From positions 62,001 through 126,000 of the forward strand of contig JBBPEB010000003.1 of the NCBI GenBank assembly GCA_039096225.1: a stretch of DNA of 64,000 nt, read 5' to 3'. A model generated the notes under the pieces. It had not been told where the DNA came from. It did no database searches and worked only from the letters and a program-made list of their open reading frames with translations. Positions within the stretch are counted from its first letter, which is position 1, and the number at the start of each line of letters is the position of its first letter. The position numbers and the translations under genes were made by a program. Below, one piece after another: positions 39,862 through 56,900 of this stretch. Source of the stretch: Blastocystis sp. Blastoise (lineage: Eukaryota; Protista; Bigyra: Opalinata).

Positions 39862-42842
39862 TTAATGAGCTTTATATAATTGATTAATTTGTTCAGAATA
39901 TTTCTTGTATATTTCGAATCGTTTGAGTTTAAAACTTGGAGTTAAAAGATTATTATCTGTAGTCCAAGGTTCTGAAATAATAATAAACTTCTTAATACGT
40001 TCAATTCCTCTTAAATGATTAATACTGAAAATAATATCTAACTGATTTTGAATCAATTTATAAGTATCATCTTCTTGACATATTTGATCAAAAGATAAAT
40101 CATTCTTATTATTATACAGTTGTTTATACCAATTCACAAGGGTATGAAAATCTGGGACTATAATTGCTATTAAATAATTCTCATTACAATTTCCATATAT
40201 ATATATTTGATATATATATTGATTTTGAGAATATATGGATTCTAATTTTTCGGCAGAGATATATTCCCCTTGTGATAATTTATAGAAGTTTTTCTTTCGA
40301 TCAATAATCATAACAGAATAATTAGGTAATAAAACGCCTATATCTCCTGTATGATACCATCCATCTTTATCAATTACTCTATGAGTTTCGTCAACATTCT
40401 TATAATAACCAGAAAATAAAATAGGACCTCGAAAACACAATTCTCCTCTTGCAATACATATATTTCCGTGATGAGTTCGATCGGTTGTCAAATAATTCAT
40501 TTCTGGAACGTCGATCAATTTGATTTCACAAGCTGTTGTTGGTCCACCTACAGAACCTATATATATATTGTATTTATGTTTATTACATTTATTATATGTA
40601 TCATATTTATTATATGTATCATATGTATTATATTATATTATATTTATTATTTATTATATGTCTTATATTATATGTATTATATTTATTATATGTATTATAT
40701 TTATTATATGTATTATATTTATTATATTTATTATATTATAGTATATTTATTAATTATTCTATATTATATAATATAATATTAAATTATTTATTCCATATTC
40801 CATATTCATTATATTAATTATGATACCGAATTATAAACTATCTATTTATAATTATCATAATTATATAATTAAACAAATAAAAATAACATAAAAATAAGAT
40901 AATACAAACTGCATACAAAAATCAACAACATTCATCAATAAAACTCTACTTATTCCTATGAATATCTATATACCTATATGAGTATCATGTATATTCTGTA
41001 ACAGACAGCATCCACAAGTTTCGGTAGCACCATAACCCTCTATAACGGGACACCCAAATAAACATTTCAGAAATATCATTATATTTGGAAGAAGAGGAGC
41101 AGACCCTGAGACTACAAAACGGACATTATTCAGTCCTATAGCTTTCTTTATAGGATTCAGTATTAACATATCCACAAGAAATGACTTATTAATTCCATTC
41201 TTTAGTCTATTCTGTTTTGTCCTTAATGCATATTTATATAGATTATTATATAAACAACCTTTTTCTTCCATCTTTTTATTTACAGATTCATATATTCTAT
41301 TAAATCTATATAGTATATATATACAGCCAACTCTTTATCTTGTATATACATATAAATCAAATATATATCCAATAAATTAACATATATATATAGTATATTC
41401 AAGAATATCTATATATATACAATCTAGGAACACTAACAAAGATGGTGGGTTGTAAAGTTTGAATATCTTGTAGAATAGTCTTTGTAGATCCTTGATAATA
41501 ACCAATGCTACCTCCTGCATTTAATATCATATTCTGAACTAATCTCTCTAATATATGTGCCATAGGTAGATAAGATAAATATATATCATTCTTTCTTCCT
41601 TCAATCTCATTGCATAATAAACTATACCCATTAGAACAAAAAGCTTTATGTGAAATTAAAACTCCTTTAGGCATGCCTGTAGTACCTGAAGTATAACAAA
41701 TAGTATGAATATCATCAGGAGTAGGAACTATAGGAATATGAAGATGACTCACACCTCCTTCTTCTATTTCCTTAAATGTATATAATTGAATATTCTATTT
41801 ACAAAGGAATAATAGATAATAATTATTAAAGAAATATATATAGTATAAATCATTAAAGTAATTAGATGAACACTGAATAGAATAATAGAATGAACAAAAT
41901 ATGAAATATATCAAGAATAATTAAATATATATATATATATATACATTTTGTTGTGACATAGATTTCATCTCTTTAGTAATATTTCCAATTACAATAATTA
42001 CTTTTAAAAAATACTGTTTTTGTTCATTTGATAATAACTATATATATATATTCATAAAATATATATTTAAAACAATAGAAATAATTAGAATATTATATAA
42101 GTATACTTTGATAGTATTTATAGAGTCACAAACACATGTTTTCATTTGTGTTTGAGTCAGAATATAATTCAAAGAATCTTGGGATAAAGAATCATAAAGA
42201 GGACATAAAGTGAATGAATAGGAATTACAACATTGTTCTACAATCCCCCATTCAACACTATTACAAGCACATATACCTATTATATGAAACTATATATAAA
42301 CATATTAAATAATTAAAATATATTCACTAAACATAATTATAAAACTACTTTATAAGTATCAATAGATAATGGAACCAATTCGTAATACAATAGTCCAGAA
42401 GCGAAATTCTGAACACGTTCCCATATTTGAATATAAGTCAAGAAAAAATATTCATGGGCTTGACCATGAATATCCTATATATGTATTATAGTAAATATAT
42501 TATTTTATTGATTTATATATTAATAATAACAATAACAATAAATACAACAACTCGGAAACCCATACAGTTTCCATTTGGATTAATTGATAAACCATGATGA
42601 AAATTATCAAATCTATATATTGTTGAAAAATATTTACAAAGAATATCAAGAATGATGACATAATTATATACAATGTTTCACAATCAAAATATCGTTTTGT
42701 GATATATGAACCATTAGTGCATTCTATGTTTCTTATAGTTGCTGACTAAATATTTGATGAATCATTAAAAAAACACGAAAACATTTACAGAACCATTTCC
42801 AGACGGCTCACTTTCAAAGCCGTATATTTTACTTTGCGACAT
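39862..42842 (-). CDS. Long-chain fatty acyl-CoA synthetase (ACSL/LACS family)
   Basis: ICYTSGTTGMPKG, YLSYLPMAHILER, SGSAPL, EGYGATE, GELCFRGP, GWYHTGDIG, IIDRKKNFYKLSQGEYI and LLTPSFKLKR. ATG 42842. Confidence 0.96.
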
Positions 42843-43322
42843 ATTCTTAATGCTTGAAGCAATATATTTGTTATTATAATGACTAGTTTAAATTATATAC
42901 AAAAATCAACTATTTAAAGATTTCGACTTTTTTCGATAAAAATATATATATATGAATCGATACTCATTGAATACGACTACGACAAAATAATTATTATCCT
43001 TAATAAATCAAATTAGAATGTTTTACTGTAACTCAAAAATGTGTTGTGTTTTATTTAAACTATTATTATTGGTTTAAGTTTTATAATTAAAAAATATATA
43101 TATTTGTATTCTTTTATAATAATATATCATAAAGTTTTTTATTAATTTAAAAATAACACTTTAAACAAAACAAATAAATTAATTTATCAATGTAAAAAAG
43201 ACCAATGATAAAAAAAAACAACAGAACAATTATATCATTAATGGTATAACATGAAGAATACTATTCTAAAAGTAATATATAAACAATAGTTAAATATAAT
43301 AATGACTATTTAAACTGGAAAT

Positions 43323-46300
43323 CTAGTTAGTTTTACGAAGATTATAAATACTAACAGTTTTGTATTGAGTCTTAAAGCTCTTACCAACGAAATAGTTGAT
43401 GAAAGTTAAAATAGCATCAGATTTAGCTTCAACAATAGCACCCTCTTCATTTTGAACAGCATAAATAGTATTATCTAAGTATTGTAAGAAGAATGTCTTT
43501 TGTTCTTCATTTCTGAAACGAAGTTCAGTATAGAAAGCAGTATTCTTATATACTCCAGGTTGAGATTCATCAGGAACTTCACCTTTAATCATAAATACAT
43601 TAACATCAAAGTCTTCAAAGAGATGTTCAAAATAATAAGCAGTAGGATGTCCAATGAAACGAGCAAAAGCACGAGCAAGAGAATATTGAACATCAGAACT
43701 AGCTCCTCTAGGATCCATATTTTCAATAACAATCTTAAGATGAACATCAGACCATTTATTAGTAGAACCAGCAATATATTGATTATAAGAATTAGTAGTA
43801 TAATCCTTGTAGAGAGATTCATAATACTTAGATCTACAATAACGAGTTACAGCACCATCAAAGACAGTTCCTTCAGCGGAAGTGAAATCGGAATAACCAT
43901 AATAATAAAGAATAGTATCAGGATAAGTGATTTCATCAACAGTAGCAACTTTTTGTTCAGTAGCATCAACAGTTTCATAATAAGAATAATCAACACCACT
44001 ATCTGTAAGTTCATAACAAACATCAGCTCTAGCTTTAGCGAAAGCATCATTAACTTCTAATTTATAGACACTCCAGAAATATTCAGTAGTAGCCATAAGT
44101 TTAGCATTAACAGCATCCATGAAAGCACTTTCATAGAACATTAATTGGGCATCATTAGCAGAATCATATACGGTATCAAAAACAACTTCAAGAAGATTAC
44201 TATATTCACCAGCTTCATTACTGAAATCAATCTTAGTAACATATACATCACTTACAGGAGTAGTAGAGACTTCAGTAATAGCAAATAAGAGTTGTTCTTT
44301 AAACCAGAAAGAAGAAGGAACAATATTATATTGTACAGCATTCTCTCTAGCAACAACTTCAAAGACTACTTTAGTATAAGAAGAACCAGCAGGAACAAGT
44401 TTAATAGTTTCAGCTTCAAATCTATTTCTATGACAAACAGAGATCATCTTAACAAGAGAAGCACGTTTAAGAATAGAGTTATAAGCACAATAACTTTCAG
44501 AAGTAGTATCAGTAACATCATCACAAACTTCTTCATAAGTAGTAGCACTAGGAGTTAAAGAAGCAAGAGTAGGTACATTATAAGCATCACCACAAGAAGG
44601 AATAATATGCATATCATAATTGACACCACTTATAGTACAAGTATATTTATCATAAGTAGAAATAGCAAAGTTGAATTTGAATTTATTATCTTCAACAACA
44701 ACAGTATATTGAGTATTTTCAGCTTGATTCTTAGTTAATTCAACAGTACCTTCATAACAATGAACATCATCAACAGTTTGACCTAAATTATTAATAGTGA
44801 AATCCTTATCTTGTTTACCAATAATAGTAGTACAAGGAATTCTATCAAGAAGATTAACACCAATAGTCTTTGTAGTAATAATATATTTATCAGTTTCAGT
44901 TACAGTAGGAGTAAATTTAATGTAGAATATAGCAGGACCAGAACTAGTATAAGCACCAGTAAGAGTAACACGTGTAAGATCTTCAATAGTAGTAGGAACA
45001 GAGATACCATAATTAGAACAAGCAACAGTAGTAGTGAAAGCAGCAGAAGTAGAACAAGAGATGGTATAACCAGAGATACCAACACAAACACCATTATCTT
45101 GAGTACAACGAACATTTAAGGCAGTAACATCTTCAATATACTTAGTAATAACTTGACCTTCGTTAAGCATAGTTTCTTCATCATAAACATCAAAAGCAAC
45201 ACTTTGAGATACAAAGAGATCGAAATCAAAATAACAATCAGAAGTACTCTTGATATCATTATTATGTTCAGCAGGAGAAGAAGGATTATTAAGGACAGAA
45301 TAATATTCACCTTCAAGAGAAGTATCTAATTGGAAATCACCACCATAATAAGTATTACCATTTAATATACTAGTTTTGAACATAGAAGGATGAGCTTGAG
45401 ATTCAACAACACTTCCATCAAGTTTAGTATAAGTAATTTGTTCAACAGAAGAATCAGTAGACCAAGCAGTACAAGCAGCATTAGCTCTCTGTTTATTTCT
45501 CAGACGAACACGATAAGTGGATTGATCTAAACATAAGAAAACTCTGAAATAAGGATCAAAACGACCACCAAGGAAATTAGCTAAACCATAATATTGAGTC
45601 ATAGCAGTTTGAGCATATTCACCAGTAATATCATCACGTTTAAAGATTTCAAAACCTTCAGTACCACCATTAGTAGTAGCTAATTTATCAAAGACAACAA
45701 CTCTTTGGTTTTCAGCACAATCTACAGGACCAAGATGAATAGTAAGAGTATTAGAAGTACTACCAGCAGAAGAAGTAAAAGCGAAATCACCTACAATATA
45801 ACCAGTATAATCAGTTTCTCCTTCACGTTGTTCAGATAAAGTAGAGAAAGTAACATAAGAATCAGAAGTCCAAGCAGTAGATAAAATAGAATCAGAAGTA
45901 GCACGAAGAGTATACATTTCTAAAGTATAATCATCCTTAGGTAAACAAACAGCATATTCAGCAATAAGATTCTTAAGATCAGAACCAGTATTTCTAAGAA
46001 TACGACCCCAACCAGTAGTAGATTGATCATTAACATTAATAGTATCACCAACTAATTCACCTTGAGAATTCTTAAGAGTGAAAACTTCACGTAAAGTATT
46101 ACCATTATGAACTCTAGTTACAAGAACAGCATATTCACCAGGATTAGTACAATCGAACTTTTCAATATTAACAATCTTCTTAGGAGTATCTTCACCACTA
46201 GTTCTAATAGTGAAAGAAGCAGTCTTTTCAAAGGTAGAGACGTCTACTTTACCAGAGAAAATATAATCAGAATCAACAAATTGTAAACCAAGAGCAGTTT

Positions 46301-47031
46301 CACCTTCAAAAGATAATTGAGTTAAATAATTACCTTCAATATTATAACTTATAGTATTATCATTATTTAAAATAAGAGCAATTTCAGGTCTGATTTCAGT
46401 AGGATTGAAAGCATCAACGAAAATAGTTTCGGTAATTCTATTAATAGAAGGAGTATAAATTTGAACACTATCAATTTCACTAATACCAAAAGATTGAGTA
46501 TTGGTAGCAGCAACTTGATAACAAACACCACTGTAATAGTTCTTAGAAGTATAATCTTGAACTTTTACACAATAACCTCTAACAACAGAACTTACTACAG
46601 TGAATTGATAGTTATAAAGGTAAGCAGTATCAGAAGATTCGGAAACTAAACATAAATCAACTTTAGCAGTACCAGCCTTAATTTGTTGAGCAGTATAGGA
46701 AAAAACAGTTGGACAGTTTCCAGTAGCAAAGTCAGCAGCATTAGTAACAGGAGTACCACAGACAGTTGAATAAGCAGCAACAACACTGTTTTGAGGATCT
46801 AAAAAGGTTGGGCTAACAGTGACAACTTCGGTATTAGCGGGGTTACCAATAAGATTACCAGTAATCTCAATAGTGACTAAACGATAATTGACAGTAGCAT
46901 CAGTTCCGCAAACTATAGACAATTGTAATTAATTATGATAATGTGTTAATTAAAGCTAAGGAATGAGAAAGAAACATACCTGATTGAGAAAGAGCAATAG
47001 ATAAAATAAAAAGAAGAATTAAAGACTTCAT
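43323..47031 (-). CDS. Large secreted/surface beta-rich protein (about 1210 aa) with signal peptide
   Basis: A short first exon MKSLILLFILSIALSQS, then a single 3.6-kb exon. T/S/V-rich with paired Cys and two copies of a C..E.F..CL...Y..AW..DS module. Confidence 0.88.
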
Positions 47032-47699
47032 TATTATTTAGCTAAAGATAAAGAAAAATAAGAAATACTCTTTTTCATTTATAGATAAATCCATGACTCG
47101 AGTTTTCCTGATACGACTAGATGTTGAGTGATTTCCAAAATGTCTTATTTTCATAGCAAAAACTAATTGATATGAGAATTGTTTTTCGTTTCTTTTCTAG
47201 CCGCTTTCCAAACATTTAGTTCAAAACTGTTTATTACGGGGAAATCTATATCTTTTGGGATGACGCACTTTTTGTATTTATGGTATATGTATTCTTAAGA
47301 CAAGAGTTCTTATCATTGTAAAAACGATTCAAATTTTATATATAGCTAACACAAAATAGAGTTATCTATTGCTTACTAACAACATTTGGTCATGATACTT
47401 TTTATAAATGAAATTGTGAAAACTTGCAATTCTATTCCATGAAATTACCATTTGCTTGTGACTGTTCTGCTGTTCTTCTGTGATTCAGCAATTATATATT
47501 GAATTCAATAAATATTATTTTTTAAATTTGTTGCACTCAATAAATACGTTTAGCTACAAGTTGATCGTCATATAGGTATGAAAATACAATTTTCAATCGT
47601 TTTTCTATAAATAAAAAAAATTCATTTAAAAAAACAAAAAAATATTTTTTTTTTAATTTGAACAATTATCTATATCCATTATCATATAAGCTGAAGCTG

Positions 47700-49130
47700 C
47701 ATATATTGTATTCAAAAAATAAAATTAAAATTATGATTATTAATAAATTAGCATAAAACACTTTGAATCTACTATATAATGAATATTAAAGGTAATATAG
47801 TTCACATATATTCCACCATTACATATCAAAATGAAAATGTGATAAATGAGAATAGAAAAATTCGGAATAACAATCATTAAGACTTTTCAATAAGTATATT
47901 CATAATGATCTCATATACATCTATTTATCATGAATCCTTCTTCAGAAATATTAGGAATAATATTAAAATATTTTATTTATTATTTCATCAATGATACCCT
48001 CATAGAGATTTAATTTCGTTCTTCTATCAGTTATAATACTATTAAGCCAATTATCCTGTAAAAAAAAACAAATAAATTATATATTATAATTACTAAAACT
48101 TACGTTAAAATTTTCAGAAATACACGATCGTTTCCTATATTTTAGTAAACAAAATATAGCTATAAACTTCACTCACTGTTCGTAAATCATTTATTTTAGT
48201 TGAATACCAAGAATGTGAATTTTTAACGTTCCAACAAACACTAAAGAAAGAATGATCCATTTTTTCACTGATAGCTTTTGAATTGGATTGAACTAGAAAT
48301 ATTATTAAATGAAACAATAAAGATATACTATAAGTTGTATATATATATATATATAGTAACATAAAAATTTATATTGCTTAATAATTTACATTGTTTGTTA
48401 ATTATTCATCATCTAATGCGTTAAAAATATGTGTGAACTAATCATTACACACAAATTAATAGAGAAACATTCTTCAAAATTTTGTGTAGAATCATCAATG
48501 TACTCAATTCACATTTAAAAAGCATCTAATTGCTTCTAATATAATTCTATGAATGAATCAAACTATTTATTCTTCAAATATATTGTTAGATTTTTAAAAA
48601 TATATAAAAAACAAACATGAAGCATTTTTTTTGTATATTTTTTAATTTTTTAATTGGTTTTTTAATTAAATGAATGAAAGTTTATCAAAAAATAACTTTT
48701 TATATATTATTTATATACTTTGAGTGAAAAGTCTCAAATTGGTCTGCATATAATATCTGAGTTCGTCATCTCATGATTCTGATCTTGTAAAAATCTTCTA
48801 TTTAATAATGCAGATATTCTTTAAATAATGTGAAACAAGTACTTATTTATTTTTATTATAAATTTATAGACATAATGATTCCCATATATTTCCTTTTTTG
48901 TTCAGTGATGTCATTATATGTGTACACGTAATACAATATTCATGCCATTGCTATACTTAAAGCATGTAAACGTAATTCCTTGTTGATGGCGACTATAAAT
49001 GCGAAGATTATTTCTTTTGTTGAGGATTTTGGTGTTCATTCGGATCTTCTATTTCAACATAGAGAAAAGATAATAGTTTAATGATGATGGGATCTATAAA
49101 TTCTAAATTCACCCATTATTGTGATATCAA
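47700..49130 (-). pseudogene. Possible decayed multi-exon gene remnant(s)
   Basis: Exon-like blocks with splice sites (e.g. VQSNSKAISEKMDHSFFSVCWNVKNSHSWY; DNWLNSIITDRRTK) but in-frame stops in neighbouring blocks. Confidence 0.3.
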
Positions 49131-49187
49131 TTGATGAATGATTCTAAAAATCATTGTTATTATTAACTAGATTTGTTGATAAAGAAT

Positions 49188-52005
<2,818 letters not shown>

Positions 52006-52894
52006 ATTTACCTCATTATTTATTATTCACAATATATATTTATTTATTTATTATATATATATTTTTATGTGTAAGCTTTATTAGTATTGCGTTTATTTTA
52101 ATTCCATATTTCTAAGATGAAAACAATCATTTAATAACTTGAATCCACTCCAAAATGTATTAGTATTTATAAACAGAGTCTAACAATATATAAAAGAATA
52201 AAATAACTCTTTTTAAAAAAGTATTTTTATACTCTCTTCGAATAATTAACCGACGAATCAATGAATACTATCCAATTAGTCTAAAAACAAAAAGACGAAG
52301 AAAATAATCATATTCAGAAATTTTCTTTTTATCATAATTACATTATATATATATGTATGTTTCTTTATTATAATAAAATTTACAACCACATAATCATTTA
52401 TTATTAACAACAAATAAAGCCATAAAAAAAATAAATGAAAAAAATCACTGAGTAATACCAAAATTAAAAATCCGAAAGTTACCCTTAATTCTCTATAGTA
52501 TCTAAAACATAATAAATAGTATTTTTAGGTAAATGATGAATCAATTATTTCTTTATTATTTTAAATTACTGAATGAAAGATAAATAAAAAGAGTAGTTTT
52601 GTCGCGAACATTTCTTCTACATATATTTTGAATCTATAAATATATAAATCTTCAAAGAATTCAAGGTAAATCGACATGACAAACAGAAGTTTTGGATGAA
52701 TAAACTTCTTAGTTTCCAAACCCGTGGTTATCTAGTATTATTGGTTGAAAATTGAAAAATAATGTCAGAACTAGTTTCGTTTTATTTTTTTGGAGATACC
52801 ATTTCATTTCGCACCAGAATTACATGATACATTGTTTTTAAAAAACCAAACAATTTTATTTTGCGTTTTGTCTATCTATTTATTAGTAAAATAA

Positions 52895-53957
52895 ATGACT
52901 ATAGACAATCTTATTGATGATTTCAGTCAGCGTATTGACTTGGTAGTAAAACTGAGGCAGATCTTAGCTAGTTATCCTAGTGGTTTGACCATTTTTCAAA
53001 GTATTTTTATATTAGGAATATATCTACATCAACATATTCTATAATCATTGTTATCATCTTATAGGAACTGCTTCAAAATGCGGATGATTCAGGTGCGAAG
53101 AATGTTGAGTTCATTTTAGATTTAGGTCAATATAGAAAAGATCATTTGATTTACAATGGAATGGGAGAGTGTCAAGGTCCAGCTTTATTGGTTTATAATG
53201 ATGGAATGTTTACGGATAAAGATTTTAAGTCGATTATTGTATTTTTATTATAACTATTATTATTTATTCGTTTAAAGTCTATTGGTAATTCTTCAAAAGG
53301 AGAAGATGAAAAAGGATTTACAACAGGAAAATTTGGTATTGGTTTTAATTCAGTGTATGTAATTGTTTATATATATATATATTTATTATATATATAGATA
53401 TCATATAACAGATTATCCTACATTTATTTCTTCATCAAAAATATGTGTTTTTAATCCTTCTGTATATATATATATATAATAATAATAATATATATAAATA
53501 TATATATAATAATAATAATATATATAAATATATATATAGCGTCGAGTAATTCCAAAACAGTATGATGCTGGTATTCAGATCGATTTCGTTGATCATTATA
53601 ACGATTTAATTCGTAATTGTAAGGACAGTTTAGATGTATTTACTGTGAAAGTACCTTCTTTTGATCGTCCTTATGAACATACTCTCTTTCGTCTTCCTCT
53701 TCGTACTCCAGAACTTGCTAAAACGATCGAAAATACGTATATAGAATATATATTAGTTTTATTTTTATTTTTATTTTATTTTTTTTAAATATTTTAATTA
53801 TATATATATATATTATATGTTTTATATATAGGGAATATCAAATAACGTCAAATACGTATACTCCTCAATCTGTATATATTTATTATTATTATTATTTTAT
53901 TATTATTATTTTATTATTATGATTTATATGTTTTTATATCATAACAATAAATAATAA

Positions 53958-53994
<37 letters not shown>

Positions 53995-56900
53995 TGTTAG
54001 AATCTTTATTTGAATTGGGCCATGAACTTGAGAATCATTTGATTTTCCTGAAGAATATCTTATCTATTAAAATTGGATTTCTTAATGAAAATGTATATAT
54101 TAATATATTATAATATAATATATATATATAATATATATATAATATAATATATAAAATATATATAATATATATATAATATATATATATAGCATTCTATTCC
54201 CTGTCGTAATGAAGATATTCAATATATATTTGAGAGTAGTGTCTCTAATATTTCTGATACTCTTATTCGTAATAGAAATGGTATGAAGGAATCTATACAG
54301 AATATTCAGAAGAATAAGAATGAAAAGACAAATCGTATATATAATATAATATAATATAATATAATATAATAGTATATAATAATAATATAATATTATAATA
54401 TACTCTAGTTTTTACTTATGATTATACATTGAGTATAACTACAACTCAAAAAGCTTTTTCTTTTCCTTCTTCTTCTTCTGCCAAGAATTCTTGTGTTATT
54501 CCTCAAACAACATCTACTCATACCTCTTATTATGTATGTAGTCAATTCGGATCTCTTATCGCTTCTCCCATCGATTTTGATCATTCTACCGATAAAAGAC
54601 GACGATTACCGTGGGGAGCGGTTGCTGGGTGCTTAGAAACAGACAAAGAACATGTTTCAAATAAAGGTATATATATATATATATATAATGATTAATAATA
54701 TTCATTATGTATAGTATCATTATACTTTTTTATTATATATATATTTTTATCTATATTATTATTATAATATAATAATAATCTTCATAATATAATACTAATC
54801 TAAATACTAATCTAAATAATAATAATATAATATGAACTATATAATAACAATCATAATATACTATGAATCTATATAATAATCCTAATACTATATAATCCAT
54901 AGGATATGCTTATTGTTTCCTTCCATTGCCTATAACAACAGAGTCTCCTATTCATGTGAATGGCTATTTCGATCTAAGTGATAATCGAAGAGAAATGTGG
55001 TATGATGAAGAAACAGAGCTTCGTAATGATCCTCGGTGTATCTGGAATATTTATTTATTAAGAGGGGTTGTAGCACCTTGCTATATACGATTTATGAAGT
55101 ATTTAGCTAATTTAAGAATATCGTCTTCTTCTTCTAAAGAACAGAAAGAATTGTTTAATCATTATTTACCTTTAGAAGAAACACGAAGAATATGGAGAGT
55201 ATTTATGGATACATTTAAAGAATTATGTATTAATGAAACTTTCTTCTTTGATTATAATACCAAGAAACTCTTCAATTTATTTAATTATCCGTATTTATTT
55301 ATACGTGATGATATACAACAAGTCTCTGAACGAAATGCTGAAAAGAACTTAAATGAACTGATTTCTGGATTTGAAAAGTGTGGTATTCAAACAGCTGCTA
55401 TTGATAACGAAACGAAACAGTTCTTAACATCTCTTCTAGCTACCAATCAACATCTTTTAGTTAATAAATTCTTAAATAGTGATGAATTACGTAAATATCT
55501 AATTATTCGCGGGAAAGAGTATATTAATCAATTATCAACTGAAGAAGTTAAAATGATGTTAAGGTATATATATATAGAATAACTATTATTATTATTATTA
55601 TATATATATAGTTATTGTTTGATGGATATTAATAGTAATAACTTATCCGCTTTAAATAATTTATGTTTACTTCCTCTTCAAAATAATACTATAGGATCTT
55701 TTCTCTATATGTATACTGATAATTATTGTATTAAACAACAACTTATTGATAGAGGATATGATGAAGTATATATTATATTTATTATACTTATTATAATGTT
55801 TTTTTATTATATTTATTATATTTATTATATTTATTATATTTATTATATTTATTATATTTATTATATTTATTATATTTATTATATTTATTATAATGTTTTT
55901 TTTATATTTATTATATTTATTATATTTATTATATTTATTATAATGTTTTTTTTATTATATTTATTATATTTATTATATTTATTATATTTATTATATTTAT
56001 TATGTTTATTATAATGTTTTTTTATTATATTTATTATATTTATTATATTTATTATAATGTTTTTTTTATTATATTTATTATATTTATTGTATTTATTATA
56101 TTTATTATATTTATTATGTTTATTATAATGTTTTTTTATTATATTTATTATATTTATTATATTTATTATGTTTATTATAATGTTTTTTTATTATATTTAT
56201 TATTATTATATTTATTATATTTATTATTATTATATTTATTATTATTATAGTTAAAAGTTCGTTTATGTTTATACCGTTACCCTCACGAGATGAATATTAA
56301 TAGAATTATTCAATATTTAAATATGAATACTATTTCTAGTGATAATATTTATATTAAAGGTATATATACATATATTTATTTATTATATACATAATCATTA
56401 TATCTATATATATATAGCATCTCCAGAGATAACTACCTTATTTCCTTCTTCTTCATCAACATTTCTACATGAATCTCTATCTTCGAATTTCTCATCTCAA
56501 ATACTTATTATTATGAACTCAAAATTATTTAATCTTTGTGAAATGAATACTAGTATATTTATCGATTGTATGAAGAAAGAATTACCTTCTGTATATATAT
56601 ATATATTGCTTTTTTTTAAATATATATATAATTATATATCTATACTATATATATATACATAGAATTGGAATTCTAGTTCTATTCAGAATTATTCAGCTTC
56701 TTTTAGCAAGGAATGGTTTGTACAAGCGTTAACATATATGTTTATTGGTAATAATAGTATTAATATACAAATTATTTCTTCTCTTGGACCTCTTCTTCCT
56801 TGTGAAAATAACCATATATGCTCCCTTCTTGATATAAATACAAATAAACCTATAGCTATGGACACACATACTCTTCCTTATTCTATTCATAACTTTATTA

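Noticed and set aside
43500-46649. Antisense and alternate-frame ORFs over the secreted protein gene
   Set aside because: Shadow ORFs caused by strong codon bias.
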